DNA of 64,000 nucleotides from the human T2T-CHM13v2.0 reference genome, Homo sapiens: NCBI GenBank assembly GCA_009914755.4, contig CP068257.2, positions 13,888,001 to 13,952,000 of the forward strand, read 5' to 3'. Shown piece by piece: positions 53,254 to 64,000 of this stretch (position 1 is its first letter; each line of letters starts with the position of its first letter). The notes under the pieces were generated by a model. It saw only the letters and a program-made list of their open reading frames with translations, ran no database searches and was not told where the DNA came from. The position numbers and the translations under genes were made by a program.

Positions 53254-53425
53254 TCAAATTTCAATCTACTCTCTTTCTCTTTTGTATTCCCATTGCTCTT
53301 TGTAAATACTCTCTTGAAACATTTAACACACTCCTTTTCTCTCACCATACATAAAATCAGGTGGTATGTGTTAATTCATTTCTGACTTTTTCAGGCCTTA
53401 ATAATCATTAAAAACAATTAAAGAA

Positions 53426-53478
53426 GATAAGAAGGAAGGAAGGAATGAAGGAAAGAAGGAAGGAAGGAAGGAACGAAG
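53426..53478. repeat. (GGAA)n microsatellite (imperfect)
   Basis: Direct read: aagaaggaaggaaggaatgaaggaaagaaggaaggaaggaaggaacgaaggaaa. Confidence 0.9.
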
Positions 53479-54476
53479 GAAATCATTCTATTCAGATTTC
53501 TAATAGCCTGTCTATCTAAACTTGGAGTTGAGGTAATGTATGATCCAAGAGGAAAAAGAAGCAACACGGATAGCTTAAGCGAAAATTAAATTCCTGTAAA
53601 GGGTGAAAGTTTACACTTTCTTTTTAGGTGGAAGCTTGATTAGACCACTAGAAAAAAAAAAGAGTTAAATTACTTCTTTCTCTTCCAATAGTCTTGTTTA
53701 TTACATTGCAGCAAACGTTTGTATATGGAATTGCTTTTTAAAAGCAGGAAATCTGCTTCTCTGTGAACACTGGTTTGTAGCTCCTTTTTCATTTTCTTGA
53801 CTAACAACTCAGTTCTATAAATTGTTTCAGTAGTTCAATAAACAAGTGCTAAATTGTGAGCTCCCTAAGGATAATGACTGTGTCTTATTCAGTAATGTTT
53901 ACCAGGAGCCTCACTAATACCAGGAAGGCAAGTTTGCCTACATTTACTCGAGAATATATTGTTGTTAATTCTCTAAAGACCAGTGGAGTACATGTTCTCT
54001 CAATGTCTATCCACATGGCAAAACTGTGTGAGGAATAACAACCAGACAGACCTCAAATTTGCTCATTTGATGATTTATCTTGTTTGATGAAAGGCACGAT
54101 AGCCTAAGAAAACTCTCTTTTCTCAGATACTATTTGCCTCAGATCAATAGTATGCAGAAAATACCATCACAGGACAAAAGAAAATTGTCTTGACTGCAAC
54201 TAGAGCACAAAGGGGAAAAAGATGTAACAATCTAAATTTCAAGAAAGAAGTCTCAGTTAAAAGCATTGCTCTCAGAAGTCTTTTCTGGTGCCTCTGCAGA
54301 TGATCCTATTAGATGCTAGCAATTGCTAAGATTGAAATACTCCAAGGTGAGAGAGAATGCTTCGGAAACACAGACTAGATGGCCTATGATTCGTTAACTT
54401 TATTAAACAGCACTGTATTTCCTGAACAAACAAAAGAGTACACTGGTATGTTCCTGAACTTTTAAAGTTTTGCATT

Positions 54477-55320
54477 TGATGGAGTTCAGGACACACTAAC
54501 CCAGGATGTGGCATCTTGACATTTGAGAAAATAGTAGAAACATGAAGGTCACTCTCACCTTCCCCTTGCCCCTTCTCCTCTGAAGCAGGCCATAAAATGT
54601 AGAAATAATTCTCTGACCTTCTCTCCTGTAGCAGAGAATAAAATCAGCTGACTTTCCCGTGAAGCAGATCATAAAATCCTGTTTCCTGAGGTGCCCTCCT
54701 TGTACCTGGAGGGAAAGAATGTTCTTATCTCTGAAGTCAGAGGGACACAGAGAAGAATCTGAGCAAACAGGCCTTGCTAAGATGGGGTTTGTTACCATTA
54801 GATCATACCTTGTTAGTCCAATTACACTTCTGCACAACTCTCCACTCTTCCTCCTACCTAAGCATAAAAATATACGAGTTTCCCTGTTTCTTGGGGTCTT
54901 CATTTCTTATTTTACTTTGTTTGTTTCTTTCTTTTTTTTTTTTTCTTTTTTCAAGTAGGAGTCTTGCTCTGTCACCCAGGCTGGAGTGCAATGACACGAT
55001 CTCAGCTCACTGCAAGCTCCGCCTCCTGGGTTCAAGAGATTCACCTGTCTCAACCTCCTGAGCAGCTAGGATTACAGGCATGCACCACCACTCCCAGCTA
55101 ATTTTTGTATTTTTATTAGAGACAGGGTTTCACCATGTTGGCCAAGATGGTCTCGAACTTCTGACCTCAAGTGATCAACCTGCCTCTGCCTCCCAAAGTG
55201 CTGGGATTACAGACGTGAGCCACTGTATCCGGTGGGTCTTCATTTCTGAAGGCTCCCATGTCAGGCAAAACTTATATTAAATAGATTTGTTTTTCTCTTG
55301 TTAATCTATCTTTTGTTACA
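54477..55320 (+). mobile_element. LTR copy 1 of an unnamed ERV-like LTR family, with an Alu nested inside
   Basis: It starts 'tgatggagttcaggacacactaacccaggatgtgg...', has a U3 with a threefold 'gaagcag.ccataaaat' repeat and a TATA-like 'gcataaaaatatacg', and ends '...cttatattaaatagatttgtttttctcttgttaatctatcttttgttaca'. Most of it is homologous to 60736-61143, and the 3'-end motif is shared with the LTR at 25196-25958. Confidence 0.55.
54908..55233 (-). mobile_element. Alu, antisense, inserted into LTR copy 1
   Basis: A T-rich tail (54908-54952) is followed by 'aagtaggagtcttgctctgtcacccaggctggagtgcaatgacacgatctcagctcactgcaagctccgcctcctgggttcaag...' and it ends '...gctgggattacagacgtgagccactgtatccgg'. 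The 14-bp TSD gggtcttcatttct sits at 54894-54907 and 55234-55247. Confidence 0.9.
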
Positions 55321-56149
55321 GGTGCCTTAGCTGGGAACATTGAAACAGGTAAGGAAAAGATTAACACTTTTTCTCCTTTGCACATTTAACTTAATTAGAG
55401 TACACCAGACTCCAAGTCTCTCTTACTTCTTGCTTTCTTACCCCATGCCTAGCTTTAATTCAAATTTGGTTTAAATGGTTAATTGCCTTAGAAGCCTGGT
55501 AAAGTAGTTTTTATGTTAACTAAACATCAAATGTGAGTAAATCACTCTGCTAGATGCTTTACATAGTCTACCCAATTTTCCCTTAAACAACTTCCCAAGG
55601 CTTATGTTTTTTTTCCTATTTATTCTTAGGAAAACTAAGAGTCAAGTGATCAAGTAACCATCAAGGAAACATTCATAATCTTTCCATTGGACCAGGTCTA
55701 TCTCCATGTTTATTCAACACACAGTGGCGTCAAATGGTATCCTCTTTATAAAACTTGCTCAAATTAGGGATTCTTCCCCCTCCTTCCCCATCTCCACCTG
55801 GAACTCCAAGGTATGAGAGCAATCTGGCTCATCCCTTCAATCTCCCAGGTGAACCAGCATCCAAAGAATTCCTAGCAAGAACAACTTGGCATAGTGAAAA
55901 ACAACGTGCCAGTTGAGGAATTAGATGTTCTGGGCTCCATTCACCTGACCAGCTGTGTTACCTCTGCCTGATGATTTAACTGCTCTTAGCCTTATGTTCC
56001 TTATCTTTCACTGAGGTTAACCATCTAGTTACATAGAATATTTTAGTTTGAGTTATAATGGAATCTCTAAGAGAATAGGTATATGTTGTAAGTATTCTTT
56101 AAATTAACATTTAATCCATAAACTGCAAATTAGGGACATTGCCCACACT

Positions 56150-56462
56150 TTTTAATTTAATTTTATTTTATTATTTTTGAGATAGGGTCTCACACTGTCA
56201 CTCAGGCTGAGTTGCCATGACACAATCATGGCTCACTGCCGCTGTGACCTCCTGGGCTCAAGCAATCCTCTCACTTCTCAGCCTCCTCAATAGCTGGGGC
56301 TATGGGTGCCTGCCACCATGCCTGGCTGATTTCTGTATTTTTAGTAGAGATTTGGTCTCACAATGTGGCCTAGGCTGGTCTCGAACTCCTGGGCTCAAGT
56401 GATCTGCCTGCCTCAGCCTCCCAAGGTGCTGGGATAGCAGGCATGAGTCACTGTTCCCAGCT
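56150..56462 (-). mobile_element. Alu (older J/S-type), antisense
   Basis: A T-rich tail is followed by 'gagatagggtctcacactgtcactcaggctgagttgccatgacacaatcatggctcactgccgctgtgacctcctgggctcaagcaatcc...' and it ends '...gctgggatagcaggcatgagtcactgttcccagc'. Confidence 0.85.
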
Positions 56463-57576
56463 GCTCACAACTTTAAAAAAGAAAGCTTAGTGTCTCAACT
56501 ACATTCTAATGTCATATGGATTATGTTCCAACAAATTCTTTTTCTCAAAGAAAACAATTATTTAAAAAATCATTAACATGTTTGTTTATTATTTGACATT
56601 TAAAATGTGCTGTTTTTATATTGAAATAACTCTATCCAAAGTGTACGAAGAGAGAATGGATTCCCTAAGATGGTCAAGTGCAGCAGCATGTTAGCTATCA
56701 GACAATAATAAATTGGGAATGACAGATAGTGCTGACCATGGTGCATTCCATAGTGAGAATGGTAAGGACTTAGCAGCTTCCCATTAAATTAATGAGAACC
56801 CTCAGCCTTTTTGGCCAGCAAGATTAAGCAACATAATGGAGACATCTGAATACCTTTCTACCACCCTGGGAATGAAAGGCAAGATTGAAAGGACAACCAA
56901 TTCAGTTAAGTGTTTGGCTTTTCACCCAGGTTACCCCTAGATTGGGCTGTTATTCCACTATTCTCTCATTTTGGCTTTCAAGATCAGCAGCAGCTAAAAT
57001 AGCATTTTTGAAGTCTTTTAGGTTGTTTATACCCTTGTTTCCTAGATCAATAAGAAATAGAAAGACCAGGAATCCCTCCAGGTCCCTAAAACTGTCCAAT
57101 AAAGATGTGCCATTAATTTGGATTTATAAGTAGGGTTTTCATTTTATGGTCTGCTTGCTTTTTATAATCAGCAACTCTTCAGTCTGCTATGTAAAAGGAG
57201 GCATAGCAATTAGTTAAAAGCTGAAGTGAAAAAGACTAGAATCTAACTGTGGATTTTTCCTCTTCTGTGAGGCAGGATGTGAGAAATCAAAGTATTGGAT
57301 TAGGAATTAGGCGAGTAGTGCCACTAACAACATGTGCAGCCTGGAAAAATCCAGTCTCTCAAAGCCTCAGTCTCTCCATTGGTAATCAGTTTGACAGTAT
57401 GATGGCTACATTTTTCAGCATTTCTAACTATATTGCTCTCTTTAAAAACAAAGACTGATATGGAGAATGAGTAGGTAACAGAGCACCAGTATTCCCAAGA
57501 AGATATATGCCCAAGAAAATGAATCCTCTCTTGGGCATACATCTTCTTCTGTAAATGGGAATCTATTTACAGATTT

Positions 57577-57878
57577 TATTTATTTATTTTTCTTGAGACA
57601 GAGTCTCACTCTGTCCCTCAGGCTGGAGTGTAGTGATGCGATCTTGGGATCTTGGCTCACTGCAACCTCCGCCTCTTGGGTTTAAGCAATTCTTGTGCCT
57701 CAGCTTCTTGAGTACCTGAGAATTCAGGTGTGCGCCACCACACCCGGCTACTTTTTGTGTAGAGATGGAGTTTCACCATGTTGGCCAGGCTGGTCTCACA
57801 CTCCTGACCTCATGTGGTCCACCCCACCTTGGCCTCCTGGAGTGCTAGGATTACAAGCGTGAGCCACCACGCCCGGCC
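57577..57878 (-). mobile_element. Alu (S-type), antisense, with a 13-14-bp TSD
   Basis: 'tatttatttatttttcttgagacagagtctcactctgtccctcaggctggagtgtagtgatgcgatcttgg...' ends '...gtgctaggattacaagcgtgagccaccacgcccggcc'. The TSD ctatttacagattt sits at 57563-57576 and about 57878-57891. Confidence 0.9.
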
Positions 57879-58342
57879 TATTTACAGATTTATGCTATCT
57901 ATTTTTCTACTATTGAACACTCAAATTCTAATCCATGGAAATTCCATTTATATATTGAAGAGTAAGCACACAGAACATTGTTCACATTGCTACTGTTAGT
58001 ATTTTTTACCGGGACTTATAACATCACCTGTTAGGTCAACATTGATCCACCAGTCAACACAATTTGTTTGTATTTTTGCTTTCTTTAATCCATAATTTAA
58101 TTCTCTTAACCCCCCTGGGAAAAATCCGTAGGCATCACTTTGAAGTTTATTTCTCATAATCTTTTAAAACATAGGTCATTAAGTGACTGTGTTTCCATTT
58201 AGAGGATTAATCCTCTGTGTGTTTTCTAATTCCTTAGGCTGACTAGTCTTGTCATCTCAATAGCCATTAATATCTTACCCAGAGAACGGAAGCTTAAAGA
58301 AAGCTGTTGAAGATTTAAGATAATCTATAAGTTTGGATAGTT

Positions 58343-58654
<312 letters not shown>

Positions 58655-59118
58655 TAAAGACCTGTAACATTAACCTTTGCATAGAGAAACACATAGTGGG
58701 GTTACTAGATCTGTATGTTTCACAGACTTCTGAGAGAGCTCAAGCCCCAGGAAAATAATGAAATCAAACTTTAGTGTCCAAAATTTCTTAGTAGTTTTTT
58801 ATGAAAGTCTGCAAGGAAAAGAAATAGCAACATTGAGCACTTACTATTTGACAAGTCCTTTCTGTATATTAGCCTGCTTTATCTTATCTTAGCCCTAAAA
58901 GTGTCATGAGTCCTGGTTCACATATAAAGAAACCGAGGCTTAGCAATGTAAGGATTCTTCCTTTGACTCTTTCTATGACAGGTAGTCAACAGCAAAATCA
59001 GTATTCCAACACTAGTCTATAAAACTCTAAAATTGATGTTTTCACTCTGTCACTGCTTCTCTTGCAAAACCTATTAGATATTCCCTTTATTTCTGCCCTT
59101 CATGCTTCTTTCTCTCTA

Positions 59119-59453
<335 letters not shown>

Positions 59454-60735
59454 TAGTTAAATTTTCTTCCACCTACCAAGCTTCTGCTAATAAAATAATT
59501 TTTGTTTTATTAGAGTTAGCATTTATTGAGAACTATGTGGCCTAAACTGCACTGTAGGGTTTGGCACTATAAGAATAGCGTTTACAGATTTGAAAACAAA
59601 GGCTAAAAAGATTTAGTAATTGCCTACGATGAGCTTGTTGGTGAGTTCTCAAGAAAAAAATTCAATCCCTTATCCATGTAACTATAGAGTGTGCAGTTAG
59701 CCACTATTTAAAAATCTAAGCCTCAGGAAGAAAATATATATTAAAATTTCTTTTATTTCAAGTAGAGGGGATTTAATTAAATTTGTATTTTTCAAAGAGA
59801 TTTGGTTGCTTATCTCTATTCTGAAAATTCTCTTCAGCCTTTTGCTTTTTGAAAAACGATTTGCACTATGCCTAAGAAAAACAAGAACCAAACAAAATGC
59901 CACTGATATTATGGTATACCACTGCCATCTAATGGCCACTACGGCTAACAAATTGCAAATGTTTTATGATTGAAAATGACCAATGTACAATTATTAAAAT
60001 ATGGAGATGCAAGGTTGAATTTGAAGGGAAATGCTAGAGTAGTGTAATTTGATTTTATTACTTACTGTGGATCTGAGCCATCCCAAGAGTAAATACACAG
60101 TTTTAGCTCTTCCTGCGTGTGTCATGAAGTGAACATTAGTGTTAGAGGCCTTTAAACAATGAATTGTAAAAAGCAAACACACCATGTGCAGTTGGGAATT
60201 TTGCTTTAAATTTTGTAAACTTTTTGGGTAAGCACGATTTTAAGTCGCATCTATATATTTCAAAAACATTTTGGAATTAGCTGTGTGAATGCCATGCTGG
60301 GCTTGGTGACTGATACATACACTGAGCAAAACCAACTGGTGTTTTGGTCCATAGTAGCATGGATGGTACTACCGGATACAGCATTTTGGATTTTTATTGC
60401 ATGTAGATTAATGTAACACTTCATTTATCATTTGTTTGTTTGTAAATTTGTTCAAACACTTCTTTATTTGTTAGCTTATTTAAACCACTTGTGCCAGAGA
60501 TGCCTGTCCATTTTGCATGGAGAAACCAGAGATTTTGGATTCAGATATGTTTAGAACCATGAGTTGGAAGGACATTCAGTTACTCATTTAGCAAATATTT
60601 ATTGAGTTTTGGTGAGGTGTTGCACACAGAGTAAACATGACATACTCTTCTTCCCTTCAAAGTAATTGTAGAAGTATCAAGTAACTATAGAAAGCAGAAA
60701 CACAGATAGGCAAACAGAAGACAAAATATGGCTAG

Positions 60736-61143
60736 TGGGATTGAGGACATGTTACCCCAACATGTGAGACCTTGGCTTTTGAGAAAACAGCAGAGGCAGA
60801 AAGGTCACTCTCACTTTCCCATCACACTTTTCTCCTAAAGCAGACTACAAAATCCAGCGAGCTTACTCTTTGACCTTCTCTAGACCCTCATTTCAGAGGC
60901 ATCCTCCCTATACCAGGAGGAGAGAAACAGGGACACAGAAAAGAATCTGCACAAGCAGAACTTGCTAAATCCCCCCTCCCCCAGTTTATTATCACTAGAT
61001 TATGCCCTCTGTCCAATCACAATTCTTGACAACTGTTCACTCTTAATCAAACTGAAGCATTAAAATACATAAGCTTACCTGTTTGCGGGATCTTCAAATT
61101 TCTGAAGCCTCCTCTCTTACATAAAATTTATATTAAATGAATT
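60736..61143 (+). mobile_element. LTR copy 2 (5' part) of the same unnamed LTR family, truncated by an L1 insertion
   Basis: 'tgggattgaggacatgttaccccaacatgtgagaccttggcttttgagaaaacagcagaggcagaaaggtcactctcactttccc...gggacacagaaaagaatctgcacaagcagaacttgctaaatcccccc...ccaatcacaattcttgac...gcattaaaatacataagc...cataaaatttatattaaatgaattt' aligns block by block with 54477-55290 at about 75-80% identity. Confidence 0.5.
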
Positions 61144-63922
61144 TAAATCCTACTCAAACTATTCCTAAAAATAGTTGAAGAGGGAATATTTCCAAACTCA
61201 CTCTATGAGGCCGGTATTACCCTGATATCAAAACCAGACAAAGAAACAACAACAAAAAAGAGAAAACTACAGGTCAATATCTCTGATGTATATTGATGCA
61301 AAAATCCTCAACAAAATTCCAGCAAACTGAATTCAACAATACATTACAATGATTATTTATCATGACCAAGTGGGATTTATCCCTGGGATCTAAGGATGGT
61401 TCAACACACAGAAAATCAATCAGCATGCCACATCATATCAACAGAATGAAGAATAAAACCATATGATCATTTCAATTGATGTAGAAAAAGCATTCGAAAA
61501 AATTCAATATCCCTTCATGATAAAAACCCTCAAAAAACTGGGTATAGAAGGAACATACCTCAACATAATAAAAGCCATATATGACAGACCCACAGCTAGT
61601 ATCATACTGAATGGGGAAAAACTGAAAGCCTTTTCTCTAAGATCTGGAACATGGCATGGATGCCCACTGTCACTACTGTTATTCTTCATAATACTGGAAG
61701 TCCTAGCCAGAGCATTCAGACAAGAGAAAGATGTAAAGGGCTCCAAATTAGAAAGGAAGAAATCAGATTATCCTTGTTTGCAGATGATATGATCTTATAT
61801 TTGGAAATACCTAAAGATTTCACAAGAAAGCTATAAGTACTGTTAAATTTACTGATAAATTCAGTAAAGTTGCAGGATATAAAATCAACATACGAAAATC
61901 ATTAGCATTTCTATATTCCAACAGTGAACAATGTGAGAAAGAAATAAAAAATAGTCCCACTTACAATAGCAATACATAAAATTAGATACCCAGGAATTAA
62001 TTTAACCAAATAAGTGAAAGATCTGTATAATGAAAACTATAAAACACTGATGAAGGAAATTGAAGAGGACACCAAAAAATGGAAAAATATTCCATGTTCA
62101 TGGATTGGAAGAATCAATATTGTTAAAATGTCCCTACTACCCAAAGCAATCTACAGATTCAATGCAATTTCTGTCAAAATACCAATGACATTCATCACAG
62201 AAAAAGAAAAAAAATTCCTAACAATTATATGGAACAAGAAAACATCCAGAATAGCCAAAGCAATCCTGAGTAAAAAGAACAAAACTCGAGGAATCACATT
62301 ACCTGACTTCAAACTATACTACAGAGCTATAGCAACCAAAATGGCACGATACTGACATAAAGACTGACACGTAGACCAATGAGAATAGAGAACCCAGAAA
62401 CAAGACATGCCTATAGTGAATATATTTTTGACAAAGGTGCCAAGAACATACACTGGGGAAAAGACAGTCTCTTCAATAAATGGTGCTGGGAAAACTTGAT
62501 GTACAGATGCAGAAGAATGAAACTAGGTCCCTATCTCCAACCATATACAAAAATCAAATCAAAATGGATTAAAGACTTAAGTCTAACACCTCAAAATATA
62601 AAACTACTACAAGAAAACATTGGGGAAATTATCCAGGACATTGATCTAAGCAAAGATTTCTTGAGCAATACCCCACAAAGAGGGACAACCAAAGCAAAAA
62701 CGGATGAGTAGGATCACATCAAGTTAAAAAGCCCCTACATAGCAAAAGATACAATTAACAAAGTGAATAGACAACCCACAGAATGGGAGAAAATATTTGC
62801 AAACTACAACTAACTACTCACCTGACAAGGGATTAATAATCAGAATACATAAGGAGCTCAAACAACTCTATAGGAAAAAAAAAACCTAATATTCCAATCA
62901 AAAGATGGGCAAAAGGTCTGAATAGACATTACCCAAAATAAGACATACAAATAGAAAACAGGCATATGAAAAGTGCTCAACATCACTGATCATCAGATAT
63001 ATGCAAAAAAAGAAAACATCTAACAATGAGATATCATCTCACCCTCGTCAAAATGGCTTATACCCAAAAGACAGGCAATAACAAATGCTTGCAAGGATGT
63101 GGAGAAAAGGGAACCTCCTTGTACACTGTTGGTGGAAGTGTAAATTGGTACAACCACTATAGAGAAGAGTTTGGAAGTTCCTCAAAAAACTAAAAATTGA
63201 GCTACCATATGATCCAGCAATCCCACTGCTGGGTACATACCCAAGAGAGGAAATCTCTATATTAAAGAGATATCTGCACACCTATGTTTGTTGTGGCACT
63301 GTTTACAATAGCTAAGATTAGGAGGCAACTTACATGCCCATCAGTGGATAAATGGATAAAGAAAATGTGAAACATATACACAACGGAGTACTATTCAGCC
63401 ATAAGAAAGAATGAGATCCAGTCATTTGCAACAACATGATGGAACCGAAGAAGATCATTATGTTAAGTGAAATAAGCCAGGCACAGAAAGAAAAACATCG
63501 CATGTTCTCACTTATTTGTGGGATCTAAAAATCAAAACGGCTGAACTCATGGACATAGCAATTTGAAGGGTGGTTACCAGAGGCTAGGAAGAGTAGCGGG
63601 GGATTTGGAGAGAGGTGGTGATGGTTAATAAGTATAAAAAAAAATAGAAAGAATAAATAAGACCTACTATTTGATAGCATAATAGAGTGACTATAGTCAA
63701 TAATAATTCTATATTTTTAAATAACTTTAAATAACTTTTAAATAACTTTAAAGAATGTAATTGGATTGTTTGTAACTCAGACAATCGAGAGGATTTTCCA
63801 TCATGTGCTTATTTTACATTGCATGCCTGTATCAAAACATCTCATGTACCCCAAAAATATGTACACCTACTATATACCCACAAAATTTTTTAAGTAAAAT
63901 TTAAAAAAAATTAAATTGTATG
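61144..63922 (+). mobile_element. Old 5'-truncated L1 (L1PB/L1MA-like: ORF2 portion plus 3' UTR), inserted into LTR copy 2
   Basis: Translation gives '...[219 protein letters not shown]..', which is recognisable L1 ORF2 ([10 protein letters not shown]) with many disruptions. ORFs 62014..62355 and 62379..62711 are ORF2 C-terminal pieces. The 3' UTR ends '...ccacaaaattttttaagtaaaatttaaaaaaaattaaattgtatgc'. Confidence 0.85.
63721..63756 (+). repeat. 11-bp tandem triplication (aataactttaa) within the L1 3' UTR
   Basis: Direct read: 'aaataactttaaataacttttaaataactttaaag'. Confidence 0.85.
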
Positions 63923-64000
63923 CTTTTTTTTTTTTGTTAATCTGTCTTTTTTTATCGGGATCTTGGCCATGAACCTAAGATGAGAAGGAAAGATATTTCT
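63923..64000 (+). mobile_element. Resumption of LTR copy 2 after the L1 insertion (continues beyond the window)
   Basis: 'ttttttttttttgttaatctgtctttttttatcgggatcttggcc..' corresponds to the '..ttgtttttctcttgttaatctgtttttgg..' 3'-end motif of the family. Confidence 0.45.

Noticed and set aside
61120-61150. A possible TSD for the old L1 inserted in LTR copy 2
   Set aside because: The junctions ('aaatgaattt|taaatcc' and 'gtatgc|tttttttttttt') show no convincing direct repeat beyond a T-run, so the TSD is probably eroded.

Overview
This window is primate (human-type) nuclear genomic DNA, not a prokaryotic locus. It is AT-rich, CpG-poor, and most of it is interspersed repeats.

Repeat content I can support from the sequence:
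- At least ten Alu elements, several with clear target-site duplications (TSDs).
- Several L1 fragments, including a young 5'-truncated L1PA copy with perfect TSDs and a 5' inversion.
- MIR fragments.
- MaLR/MLT1-type solo LTRs.
- A Tigger-family MITE.
- Simple-sequence repeats.

The main structured element is a full-length but degraded ERV-L (HERV-L-like, MLT2-type LTRs) provirus at about 43.97-50.54 kb. It carries pol remnants in the order RT, integrase, then a dUTPase-like segment, with recent internal tandem duplications. A second, less certain LTR-flanked element begins at 54.5 kb and runs past the window end. It consists of two co-oriented homologous LTRs, one split by an Alu and one by an old L1. 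A related solo LTR with TSDs sits at 25.2-26.0 kb.

I could not recognise any cellular protein-coding exon, RNA gene, CpG island or CRISPR-like array. Every ORF over about 100 aa in the six-frame track sits inside a repeat or retroelement. I therefore find no support for a novel biological system here.

All family names are from memory of consensus sequences, without database searches. Coordinates are accurate to about 5-10 bp.
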